From positions 1-43,008 of the forward strand of contig CAVGMK010000111.1 in NCBI GenBank assembly GCA_963630135.1: a DNA stretch of 43,008 nucleotides. Direction: 5' to 3'. Positions 8,354 to 17,283 of this stretch are shown here, piece by piece. The translations under genes were made by a program, and so were the position numbers. This DNA comes from Oscillospiraceae bacterium. Lineage in GTDB: Bacteria; Bacillota; Clostridia; Peptostreptococcales; Anaerovoracaceae. The notes below the pieces were generated by a model that saw only the letters and a list, made by a program, of their open reading frames with translations, did not search any database and was not told where the DNA came from. The first letter of the stretch is position 1, and each line of letters starts with the position of its first letter.

Positions 8354-10057
8354 ATGTCAATCCCTGAGATAGGCTTAAAGGCAAGAAATTCGGATTTGCT
8401 TGCAACGCTGAACAGTTTACTTGAAAATTGGGAAACGGAGGTTGTCGAATTTAAAGAGGCGAATAAAGATTACGATAAAGGAAAAATAGGGCAGTATTTT
8501 TCTGCTATCAGTAATGAGGCCAACCTCAAGGGTTTACAATATGGCTGGCTTGTATTTGGCGTACGGAATAAAGATCGGCAAATCGTTGGTTCTGATTATC
8601 GCAACAAAAAAGGGTTAGATACATTAAAGCTAGAAATTGCAAACGGGACGACTGGTGGCATTTCCTTTATTGAAATATACGAAGTCCATCCCGTTGTGAA
8701 TGATGAAGAAAAACGCGTTGTAATGTTCCAAATTCCGGCTGCGGCAACCGCAATTCCAACGGGGTGGCATGACCATTTTTATGGCAGAAATGGAGAATCT
8801 CTAGGTGCGTTGTCTGTAGAAGAGCTGGATCGAATTCGTGGTCAGGAAAAGAAGGATTGGTCAAAGCAAACAATTTCTGGTGCAACGATAGATTGCCTTA
8901 ACAAGGATGCGATTGCTCTAGCACGACAAAAATACAAAGAGAAGATGAATAGACCTCACATCACTGAAGAAGTCGATAAAATGACGGATGAGCAATTTTT
9001 AACGAAAATCAAGCTGATAATAGATGGTCGATTGACTAATGCGGCAATGACGTTGCTCGGAGATGAAGATTACGATTATCTATTTAATACACCACCAGAA
9101 ATTTCGTGGAGACTTTTTGACTCTAAAGATTGTGTAAAGGATTATTCTATTATCAAAGTGCCATTTATCACCGCTGGCGAACGTGTTTTTGAAAAAATTA
9201 GAAACTTGACGTATCGATATATGCCCAGTCGTTTGACGTTATTCCCTACCGAAATACAGCAATATGATGTGTGGTTACTTCGGGAACTGATGAACAACTG
9301 TATTGCTCATTCAGATTATACAATCGGCGGTCGGATATACGTAAACGAATTTGAGGACAAATTGATTCTGACGAATCCGGGGACATTTCTTCCAGGAAGT
9401 ATCGAACCCGTTTTACAACCAAGCTATAATCCGCCTTTTTATCGGAATCAGTTACTGGCAGAAACTATGGTTAAGCTGAATATGATTGATACACAAACAA
9501 TGGGCATACGCAAGGTTTTCCGGATTCAACAGGAAAGATTTTTTCCATTGCCTGATTATAACTTATCCATTGCTCAACAGGTAGGCGTAACCGTCTATGG
9601 AAAAGTATTGGATGAGAATTATTCTCGTGTACTATTTGAGAATCCGGATTTTGATATATCAACAGTGTACCTAATCGATCGAGTACAGAAACATGCACCA
9701 ATTTCAAAAGAGGCAATTAAAATGCTTCGTAAACTCGGAGTGATTGAAGGGAAGATGCCCAATATCTACATTTCTGCCAAAATAGCAGAGAGCACTGATA
9801 TGAAGGCTCAGTATGTGAAAAATAGGGGGCTTGATGATGAGTATTATAAGAGGCTGATTATCAGTTACCTTGAAATTTATGAAAAAGGGAAGAAACAAGA
9901 TTTCATTGAGCTTTTGGCAGATAAATTACCAGATGTGATGGATGAGAAGCAGAAGAGAAGCAAGATTAAAAATCTTCTTAGTAGCTTAAAGAACGAAGGG
10001 AAAATAATAACAGATTCGGATAATAAAAGATTGGCTAATTGGATATTGCGGAAATGA
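8354..10057 (+). CDS. Schlafen/AlbA_2 + HATPase_c_4 (RecG-C-like) + C-terminal wHTH protein
   Basis: ETEVVEFKEA, SAISNEA, WLVFGV (AlbA_2); LRELMNNCIAHSDY, NPG.F, YRNQLLA...IDTQTMGI (HATPase_c_4); C-terminal wHTH. Confidence 0.85.
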   Translation: MSIPEIGLKARNSDLLATLNSLLENWETEVVEFKEANKDYDKGKIGQYFSAISNEANLKGLQYGWLVFGVRNKDRQIVGSDYRNKKGLDTLKLEIANGTTGGISFIEIYEVHPVVNDEEKRVVMFQIPAAATAIPTGWHDHFYGRNGESLGALSVEELDRIRGQEKKDWSKQTISGATIDCLNKDAIALARQKYKEKMNRPHITEEVDKMTDEQFLTKIKLIIDGRLTNAAMTLLGDEDYDYLFNTPPEISWRLFDSKDCVKDYSIIKVPFITAGERVFEKIRNLTYRYMPSRLTLFPTEIQQYDVWLLRELMNNCIAHSDYTIGGRIYVNEFEDKLILTNPGTFLPGSIEPVLQPSYNPPFYRNQLLAETMVKLNMIDTQTMGIRKVFRIQQERFFPLPDYNLSIAQQVGVTVYGKVLDENYSRVLFENPDFDISTVYLIDRVQKHAPISKEAIKMLRKLGVIEGKMPNIYISAKIAESTDMKAQYVKNRGLDDEYYKRLIISYLEIYEKGKKQDFIELLADKLPDVMDEKQKRSKIKNLLSSLKNEGKIITDSDNKRLANWILRK

Positions 10058-10608
10058 GTTTAGTTAATTGATTAGCCAATCCGAGAACCAGATATCTCGC
10101 AACCCAATTGAAGAAACACTGATTCCCAATTCAGGAAACCGCGCCTATTGAGCAATCATAGTGCCGTAATTGGATTGGCGAATTGGATAATTCGTAGTAA
10201 ATTTAGCCAATCATTTAACCAATCCGAGAACCAGATATCTCGCAACCCAATTGAGGAAACACTGATTCCCCAATTCAGAAAATCACGTCAAAGACCGGAT
10301 TGGTCAGATACTGCCTGACCAATTGAGCAAACAGATAATGCCGCAACTGGATTGTCTAATTGGCTAATTCTTGATAAATTTAACCAATCATTTAGCCAAT
10401 CCGAGAACCAAACATCTCGCAACCGAATTGGGGAAACACTGATTCCCCAATTCAGAAAACCTCGTCAAAGGCCGGATTGGTCAGACACTGCCTAGCCAAT
10501 TGAGCAAACAGATAATGCCGCAACTGGATTGGCTAATTGGCTAATTCTTAATAAATTTAACCAATCATTTAACCAATCCGAGAGCCTGATAACTCGCAAC
10601 CGAATTGC
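10029..10608. repeat. Tandem array of ~3.3 hairpin-rich units (periods 143, 177, 177 bp)
   Basis: Anchor CCAATCCGAG at 10076, 10219, 10396 and 10573; internal IRs such as GAATTGGGGAA-acactga-TTCCCCAATTC and ATTGGTCAG...CTGACCAAT. Confidence 0.9.
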
Positions 10609-10660
10609 CAGCTTGAAATATATCTTGAACCATATAAATTATCAACGGAGGAACCCACCC

Positions 10661-13495
10661 ATGACCGACGCAGAACAGAGAGAAGCGACCCGCCAGTTCA
10701 TCAACCGATGGAGAGGCCGGGGCAGAGAAGACGAAGACGGCAGATCCTACTGGATTGACCTTCTGACCAACGTCCTCGGCATGGACAACGTCACCGAGCG
10801 CGTGAACTTCGAGAAGAAAGTCGTCGTCGACGGCAACACCAAGCGCATCGACATGTACATCCCGGAGACCCGCACCCTGATTGAGCAGAAGAGCCTGGGC
10901 ATCCGCCTGGACCAGAAGATTCACAACTCCGGCGACGTCGAGCTGACGCCGTTCGAGCAGGCCGAGCGCTACAACAGCAAGCTCATCTTCGATGAGCGGG
11001 CCCGCTGGATTGTCACCTGCAACTTCGCCGAAATCTGGATCTACGACATGAACCAGAAGCGCCCGGAGCCGACCAAGGTCGCTCTCGATGAGATGCACGG
11101 CAAATACCCGCTCCTCAGCTTCCTCGTGAAGAAAGACGTGAAGAAAATCTCGCAGGAGATGGAAATATCCATTCAGGCCGGTGAGCTCGTCGGCCTGATT
11201 TATGACGCATTCTTAGAGCAGTACCGCATCCCGGACATCAAGGAGAAGGACGAGACCGCCGAGCAGCGCGCGAAGCGTGAGCACAAGCTGAAGAGCCTCA
11301 ACGCCCTGTGCGTCCGCCTGGTCTTCTGCCTCTACGCGGAGGATGCCGGCATCTTCGGCCGCCGCGACATCTTCCACGACTACCTGGAGAGCTATGACGT
11401 CCGCGACTGCCGCCGCGCCCTCATCGAGCTCTTCAAAGTCCTGGACACCCCAATCCCGGAACGTGACGAGTACCTCGAGGACGACCTGGCCCAGTTTCCG
11501 TACGTCAATGGCGGCCTGTTCGCGGATGAAAGCATCGAGATACCTCCTTTTACCCCGGAAATCAAGACGCTGCTCCTCACCAAAGCCTCCGAGGATTTCG
11601 ATTGGCGCGACATCTCGCCGACGATTTTCGGTGCGGTGTTCGAGAGCACGTTGAACCCAGAGACTCGGCGCTCCGGTGGCATGCACTACACCTCCATCGA
11701 GAACATTCACAAGGTGATTGACCCGCTCTTCATGGACGACCTGAACCGGGAGTTCGAGGAAATTAAGCAGGTAAAAACATGGAGAACGAAGATGTCCCAC
11801 TTGTCCGACTTCCAGGACAAGCTCGCCTCGCTGACGTTCCTGGATCCGGCGTGCGGCAGCGGCAATTTCCTGACGGAGACGTACCTCTCGCTGCGGCGCC
11901 TCGAGAACGAGGTTATCCGCGAGAAGACGAAGGACCAGATTACCATGGGCGACGTCCATAACCCGATCAAGGTGTCCATCCAGCAGTTCTACGGCATCGA
12001 AATCAACGATTTCGCGGTGACGGTCGGCAAGACCGCCCTGTGGATTGCGGAGTCCCAGATGCTGGAGGAGACCAAGGACATCCTCTTCGGCTTCGACGAC
12101 GACTTCCTCCCGCTCAAAACCTACGTGAACATCACGGAGGCCAACGCCCTCCGCATCGACTGGGATGATGTGGTGCCAGCGGAGAAGCTGGACTATATTA
12201 TGGGAAATCCGCCGTTTGTCGCAAATCGTGGGAGGATTGCAAGTTGCGAAGGCTCATCTACGAGCATTATGACTGAGGACCAGAAGGCAGACAGATTTAA
12301 TCTATTTGGTAAGGAAGGTGGGGAATTAGATTATGTTACCTGCTGGTATGTAAAAGCAGCAAATTATATCAAAGGAACCAATGTACAAGTAGCTTTTGTA
12401 TCAACCGACTCAATTTGCCAAGGGCAACAGGTCGAACCACTATGGAACAAAATGCTAAATATGGGAATGCATATTAATTTTGCTTGGAAATCATTTAAGT
12501 GGATGTCAGAAGCCTCTGATACCGCAGTCGTTTTTGTTGTCATAGTTGGGTTCTCGTACTTTGAAAAAAGTAAAAAATACATCTACGAGGTTGATTCTGT
12601 TAGCCTTGCAAACAATATAAACCCATATCTTATTGATGCACCTGACATTATTGTAAAAAAACATTCGAAACCGTTATGTGACGTGCCGAAGATTGGAATA
12701 GGAAATAAACCTATCGATGGCGGATTTTACCTGTTTGAAAAAGATGAGATGGAGAAATTCATCAAAAGCGAACCTTTGTCAGAAAAATACTTCCATCCAT
12801 GGTATGGATCAAGGGAATTCATAAATCGCTGTCCTCGGTATTGCTTATGGCTGGGAGATTGTTCTCCTGCAGAATTACGGAGAATGCCCCGTTGCATGGA
12901 ACGGATAACCAAAGTGCGGGAATATAGACTTGCCAGTTCGAGCGCGGGAACTGTTAAGCTCGCGGATAATCCAACGCATTTCCATGTGGAGAATATGCCA
13001 GAAGAAACCTATATCGTTATTCCAAAAGTTTCTTCTAGGAATAGACGTTATGTTCCTATTGGTTTAATGACACCCGATAATATGTGTAGTGATTTGGTGT
13101 TTCTTATTCCAAATAGCACTCATTATCATTTTGGCATTCTCACATCCAACGTTCATATGGCATGGATGCGAACTGTATGCGGCTATTTTGGCCCAAGCTA
13201 TAGATATTCCGCAGGAATCGTCTACAACAACTTCCCATGGCCGACCCTGACCGACGAGCAGAAGGCTCGCATTGAACAGACAGCGCAGGGAATCCTCGAT
13301 GCACGGGCGCAGTATCCGGACAGTAGCCTCGCGGACCTGTACGACCCGCTGACGATGCCGGTGGAACTTCGACGTGCGCATGCGGCAAATGACAAGGCCG
13401 TTATGGCAGCCTACGGTTTCAGCACGAAGATGTCCGAAGCGGATTGCGTGGCAGAGCTGATGAAGTTGTACCAGAAGCTGGTGGCGGAGGAATAA
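10661..13495 (+). CDS. MmeI-like type IIL/IIG restriction-modification enzyme (nuclease + N6-adenine MTase + TRD)
   Basis: RIDMYI...LIEQKS PD-(D/E)xK, FPYVNGGLF, GMHYTS, FLDPACGSGNF, GNPPF, YRYS...VYNNFPWP, SLADLYDP; GGAGG RBS before ATG 10661. Confidence 0.9.
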   Translation: MTDAEQREATRQFINRWRGRGREDEDGRSYWIDLLTNVLGMDNVTERVNFEKKVVVDGNTKRIDMYIPETRTLIEQKSLGIRLDQKIHNSGDVELTPFEQAERYNSKLIFDERARWIVTCNFAEIWIYDMNQKRPEPTKVALDEMHGKYPLLSFLVKKDVKKISQEMEISIQAGELVGLIYDAFLEQYRIPDIKEKDETAEQRAKREHKLKSLNALCVRLVFCLYAEDAGIFGRRDIFHDYLESYDVRDCRRALIELFKVLDTPIPERDEYLEDDLAQFPYVNGGLFADESIEIPPFTPEIKTLLLTKASEDFDWRDISPTIFGAVFESTLNPETRRSGGMHYTSIENIHKVIDPLFMDDLNREFEEIKQVKTWRTKMSHLSDFQDKLASLTFLDPACGSGNFLTETYLSLRRLENEVIREKTKDQITMGDVHNPIKVSIQQFYGIEINDFAVTVGKTALWIAESQMLEETKDILFGFDDDFLPLKTYVNITEANALRIDWDDVVPAEKLDYIMGNPPFVANRGRIASCEGSSTSIMTEDQKADRFNLFGKEGGELDYVTCWYVKAANYIKGTNVQVAFVSTDSICQGQQVEPLWNKMLNMGMHINFAWKSFKWMSEASDTAVVFVVIVGFSYFEKSKKYIYEVDSVSLANNINPYLIDAPDIIVKKHSKPLCDVPKIGIGNKPIDGGFYLFEKDEMEKFIKSEPLSEKYFHPWYGSREFINRCPRYCLWLGDCSPAELRRMPRCMERITKVREYRLASSSAGTVKLADNPTHFHVENMPEETYIVIPKVSSRNRRYVPIGLMTPDNMCSDLVFLIPNSTHYHFGILTSNVHMAWMRTVCGYFGPSYRYSAGIVYNNFPWPTLTDEQKARIEQTAQGILDARAQYPDSSLADLYDPLTMPVELRRAHAANDKAVMAAYGFSTKMSEADCVAELMKLYQKLVAEE

Positions 13496-13609
13496 GCCGA
13501 TTCCCCATTATAATCTCAATCAGATTATATCCCTGGGATGATGGGATCGTAGGTTACAAGGAACGTTAGAACAACAATAATCATGTTAACTTTAAGGGAG
13601 AAATTATCA

Positions 13610-14347
13610 ATGAACAAGGAAAACGTGAAGAAAGAAAAGAAAGAATTGCTGACACAGGAACAGATGCAGGCTATCTTGAATTCGTGCTATCAGAAGGCTG
13701 TTTCTGGAATTCCCCATGTAAGTCCATCAATTGATGAATTGGCAGAAGAATATCTTCAGAAGTACAGTACTCCGGAGGAGGCTGCCAAGCAGATGCTGAA
13801 GAATCAGATTACGAAATGCACAACATCTGGATTCATTACTGGCCTTGGGGGAGCAATTACCCTGCCGGTTGCCATTCCGGCCAATATTAGTAGCGTGCTG
13901 TATGTTCAAATGAGAATGATAGCGGCAATGGCGTATATGGTTGGATTGGATCTGAAGAGTGACCATGTCCAGACGCTTTCGTATGCTTGCTTGGCAGGAG
14001 TGTCCGTAAATGGCGTTGTCAAGAAAGCAGGAGTGGCGGCTGGACAGAAGCTTACAACTAGCATGATTCAGAAAATCCCGGGAGCAGTATGTGTCAAAAT
14101 CAATCAGGCAGTTGGTTTTCGCTTCATAACTAAATTTGGACAGAAGGGGATCATCAATCTTGGTAAAATGGTGCCGGTGGTAGGCGGTGCTATTAGTGGC
14201 GGCTTTGATTTCGCGGAGACGAGGGCAATTGCAAACAGAGCATATAAAATGTTCTTTGAAGGTGATTTTGGCAGCGGATTTACTTCTGATGCCCAGGATG
14301 ACGACTGCATTGACGTGGATTTTGAGGATGTAGACATCGAGAAATAA
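13610..14347 (+). CDS. EcsC family protein
   Basis: SGFITGLGGAITLPVAIPANISSVLYVQMRMIAAMA...GKMVPVVGGAISGGFD pattern. Confidence 0.85.
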   Translation: MNKENVKKEKKELLTQEQMQAILNSCYQKAVSGIPHVSPSIDELAEEYLQKYSTPEEAAKQMLKNQITKCTTSGFITGLGGAITLPVAIPANISSVLYVQMRMIAAMAYMVGLDLKSDHVQTLSYACLAGVSVNGVVKKAGVAAGQKLTTSMIQKIPGAVCVKINQAVGFRFITKFGQKGIINLGKMVPVVGGAISGGFDFAETRAIANRAYKMFFEGDFGSGFTSDAQDDDCIDVDFEDVDIEK

Positions 14348-14463
14348 TCTGCCCCCGCCGGAAGTCCCGGCAGGAAGCAATTTATTTTTGGCCGGGGGAA
14401 GGCAAGGCAAAGATAAAAGTTTGAGGAAGAAGGAGAGTAGAGAACGCTACTGCTGATATTTGA

Positions 14464-14501
14464 TCCGATGAAAACGACATACCACTGTCGTTTTCATCGG
14501 A
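14464..14501. repeat. Perfect 16-bp inverted repeat, 6-nt loop (operator or hairpin)
   Basis: TCCGATGAAAACGACA-taccac-TGTCGTTTTCATCGGA, followed by a TATAAT-like sequence. Confidence 0.8.
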
Positions 14502-14691
14502 GTCGTTCTATATAATATAGTCAACCATTTCCCTAAGTTGCCCTCATCGGGTTTGATGAGAAGTGCTGGCTAACCATTATCGACACGGTAACCGTCCATT
14601 CCGAGGTACGGCAAGGCGGATACGAAGATGCCGGGCCGGGATACGGTGACGCAAGGTTAGATATAAGGATAGAGAAGAAGGAGAGTAGAGG

Positions 14692-15471
14692 ATGCTGATG
14701 ATATTGATTTTCGCGGCGAGTCTGGCGCCGGCGGTGCTGGTGTTCCTGTGGCTGAAGAAGCGCAAGGCTGGGGATGGATTATACCGGGAGATTTGCAATC
14801 GAGCGCTGGGGCGCGGGGCTGTCCTGTGTGCGGCGCTGGTGTTGGTGGTGTCGGGCGTGCTGTATGGGGGCGCGCTGGTGCTGCGGATGCTGGGCGTCGG
14901 GGCGGTGGCCCGGGCGGTCTATTATAATTTCATCGTGCTGGCGCTGGCGGAGGAGCTGGTGAAGTACCGGGTGATGCGGGGGCTGCTGAAGAAGCATCCG
15001 TATCCGTATTCGTGGCTGGATGTGACCACGATGATGATGATTGTCGGAATCGGGTTCGAGCTGACGGAGTCGGTTGCCTACGCGATTGGGGCGAATGCCG
15101 GGATGATGCTGGTGCGGGGCTTCACCGCCATGCACTGCGGGTATGGATTCATCATGGGGTATTTCGTCGGCAAAGGGATGAAGACGGGGCGGAAGAAGTA
15201 TACGTGCCTCGGGATTCTGGTGCCGTTCCTGCTGCATGGGGCGTACGACTGCTGCCTGAGCGAGGAGCTGGGGGCGATTAGCGAGAGTTTCGGCGTGGTA
15301 TCGCTGGCGCTGGCGGCGGTAGCGGTGGTGACGCTGCTTGTGGCGATTGTGCACGTTCGCCGGGCCGGGAAGCAGGCGGAGTATACGGAGGCGCTGGAGG
15401 CTGGGACGCTGCCTGCTGAGGCATTGTCTGCTGAAACGTCTGCGGAGACGATTGCTGAGACAGCGGAATAA
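14692..15471 (+). CDS. prsW: PrsW family glutamic-type intramembrane protease
   Basis: Multiple TM helices with AEELVK, GIGFELTES, AMH and LLHGAYD motifs. Confidence 0.85.
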   Translation: MLMILIFAASLAPAVLVFLWLKKRKAGDGLYREICNRALGRGAVLCAALVLVVSGVLYGGALVLRMLGVGAVARAVYYNFIVLALAEELVKYRVMRGLLKKHPYPYSWLDVTTMMMIVGIGFELTESVAYAIGANAGMMLVRGFTAMHCGYGFIMGYFVGKGMKTGRKKYTCLGILVPFLLHGAYDCCLSEELGAISESFGVVSLALAAVAVVTLLVAIVHVRRAGKQAEYTEALEAGTLPAEALSAETSAETIAETAE

Positions 15472-15571
15472 ATTAGATGGGCGGAAATTGGCGGAATCTG
15501 GCTTGTCTAATTTTGCTGTAAGCGTTGGAAATAAAGGAATTGGCGAAAATTAGATATGGGCTTTGTGCGGG

Positions 15572-15724
15572 GATGCGCGGAAGCAAGGGCGCAAGGGGCT
15601 CGTGCTGACCTGCAAGGAGAAGCTGATTCCGTATTATGCGAAATTCGGATTCGTGGATGAGGGCGTGTCCGATAAGTCGACGCATGGAAATGTCGTATGG
15701 CATCAGATGCGGCTGAAGTTCTGA
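15572..15724 (+). pseudogene. C-terminal remnant of a GNAT acetyltransferase
   Basis: Manual translation DARKQGRKGLVLTCKEKLIPYYAKFGFVDEGVSDKSTHGNVVWHQMRLKF*; in-frame stop at 15551 upstream and no credible start. Confidence 0.75.
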
Positions 15725-15731
15725 GGACGGG

Positions 15732-15818
15732 ATGGCTGTGGCTCAGGAGCTGGCAGAGAAATATCGGCAGACGTATCCGAGAAGGACTGCGCTCTGGGAT
15801 GAGCTGAGCGGAATATAA
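15732..15818 (+). pseudogene. C-terminal remnant resembling SWIM-zinc-finger-associated proteins
   Basis: MAVAQELAEKYRQTYPRRTALWDELSGI* resembles the recurrent ...YPRRxALxxEL terminus of that family (recalled, not searched). Confidence 0.45.
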
Positions 15819-15861
15819 AGAAGCTACTTATACGAGGAGTTAGGAAGGAGAATCAATACTT

Positions 15862-16536
15862 ATGGGAGAATATTATCGCTGGGTAAATGTTGATAAAAAA
15901 GAGTATCTTTGTCCTAACGACTTTGATTATGGCAGCAAACGGCGGGAGTCCTCCGGAAGAGGAAATGAAGTACTCTGTGCGCTCCGTGAAATGATATCAA
16001 GAGAATGGTCTGGAGACCATATTTTCTGGATGGGGGATGAGAAATTGATACCGGATGCGTCGAATAACGACGCCCTTCAGCTTCTGTATGCACAAACTGT
16101 CGAAGAGGAATGTCCGGGAGACGGATTTGATACGGTATGTGAAACATATCGAGATATATCATGCCTCTTCAAAACTGCGGAAACAGTGGTTCGAGAGGAA
16201 ATCGGATTCTATCTGGAGAGCGTTAGGAAAAATGAGTTTCACGAAAGAAATGAGTATGGAATTAACATCGAAAGACCTTTCGAAGGCCTTTTCCTGAGAA
16301 AAGGTAGAGATTTTCGCTATACCATTAACCATACAAAGCGGGTGTATTACACGTTCGAAGAAACTAAAATGATTGGTGATACCGGCTATATATATGATGA
16401 TACAGATCCACTCCTGTCGCTCATGGCATTTGGCAGAATCATCGAAACAGGGGACTGGGTTGGAGATATTATTGGAATTTCTGACGAGAAACCCGAAGAA
16501 TATGAATTGTTGGAAGAAATACACTTCACCGTGTGA
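15862..16536 (+). CDS. Conserved hypothetical protein
   Basis: 224-aa ORF with AAGGAG RBS. N-terminal MGEYYRWVNVDKKEYL and internal YTINHTKRVY / W.GD motifs suggest a duplicated small domain. Confidence 0.75.
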   Translation: MGEYYRWVNVDKKEYLCPNDFDYGSKRRESSGRGNEVLCALREMISREWSGDHIFWMGDEKLIPDASNNDALQLLYAQTVEEECPGDGFDTVCETYRDISCLFKTAETVVREEIGFYLESVRKNEFHERNEYGINIERPFEGLFLRKGRDFRYTINHTKRVYYTFEETKMIGDTGYIYDDTDPLLSLMAFGRIIETGDWVGDIIGISDEKPEEYELLEEIHFTV

Positions 16537-16553
16537 CAAGGAGACACAACAAT

Positions 16554-17078
16554 ATGACAGTACGACAGGCAACACAGGCAGACTTAGACAGAATAGAGCA
16601 GATTTACGAGAGCGTTCACGATGGCGAGGAACAGGGTCTGACGACAGTGGGCTGGATTCGGAATGTGTATCCGACCCGGAAGACGGCAGAGGATGCGCTG
16701 GATCGGCAGGATCTGTTCGTCATGGAAGATGACGGAAAGCTCGTGGCGGTAGCGGTGATCAATCAGATTCAGGTGGATGTATATGAGCAGGTGCCGTGGA
16801 AACACCTAGCATCGGATAGCGAGGTCATGGTGCTTCATGCGCTTGCTGTGGATCTGGCAGAAGCCGGGAATGGATACGGCAAAGCCTTCGTGGCATTCTA
16901 CGAGGAGTACGCCAGGGAGCACGGCTGCATGGAGCTTCGCATAGACACGAACGTGCGGAACACCAGGGCGCGGCACTTGTATCAGAAGCTGGGATACAAG
17001 GAAGAAGGCGTTGTGGGGTGCGTCTTCAACGGCATCCCGGATGTGCAGCTGGTGTGCATGGAGAAATATCTGGGGTAG
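16554..17078 (+). CDS. GNAT family N-acetyltransferase
   Basis: VRQAT..DL, LHALAVD...AGNGYGK motif A, RIDTNVRNTRARHLYQKLGY motif B. Confidence 0.9.
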   Translation: MTVRQATQADLDRIEQIYESVHDGEEQGLTTVGWIRNVYPTRKTAEDALDRQDLFVMEDDGKLVAVAVINQIQVDVYEQVPWKHLASDSEVMVLHALAVDLAEAGNGYGKAFVAFYEEYAREHGCMELRIDTNVRNTRARHLYQKLGYKEEGVVGCVFNGIPDVQLVCMEKYLG

Positions 17079-17126
17079 TGGCTCTGGCGGAACATTTGAC
17101 AGAACAAATCAAAGCAATTTGATGCA

Positions 17127-17156
17127 GACGGCACGGAAACCCTCGTGCCGTTTTCT
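17127..17156 (+). terminator. Intrinsic terminator
   Basis: ACGGCACG...CGTGCCGT stem followed by a T-rich tail. Confidence 0.7.
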
Positions 17157-17180
17157 CCTATTACTGCCTATTCGGATACT

Positions 17181-17271
17181 TTATCTGCATATTTTTTTAA
17201 GAAGTATGTGCAGATAATTCGAATAACGACTTATTTTTCTGCACATAATTTGCTATAATTATGTGCAGAAA
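17181..17271 (+). promoter_or_regulatory. Fic promoter with two inverted-repeat operators
   Basis: Perfect 15-bp IR TTTCTGCACATAATT / AATTATGTGCAGAAA centred on an extended -10 (TGcTATAAT); second IR TTATCTGCATAT / ATGTGCAGATAA shares the half-site. Confidence 0.75.
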
Positions 17272-17283
17272 GGATGGTGCCGT

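Noticed and set aside
10029..10608. CRISPR array
   Set aside because: Whole units repeat, there are no unique spacers, the period is too long, and no cas genes are in the window.
10529..10660. N-terminal extension of the R-M ORF given in the ORF track
   Set aside because: It runs through the repeat array; the RBS and family-like N-terminus support ATG 10661.
15472..15556. Short AATTGGCGrAA/AATTAGA motif cluster
   Set aside because: Too short and degenerate to support a call; possibly a junction scar.
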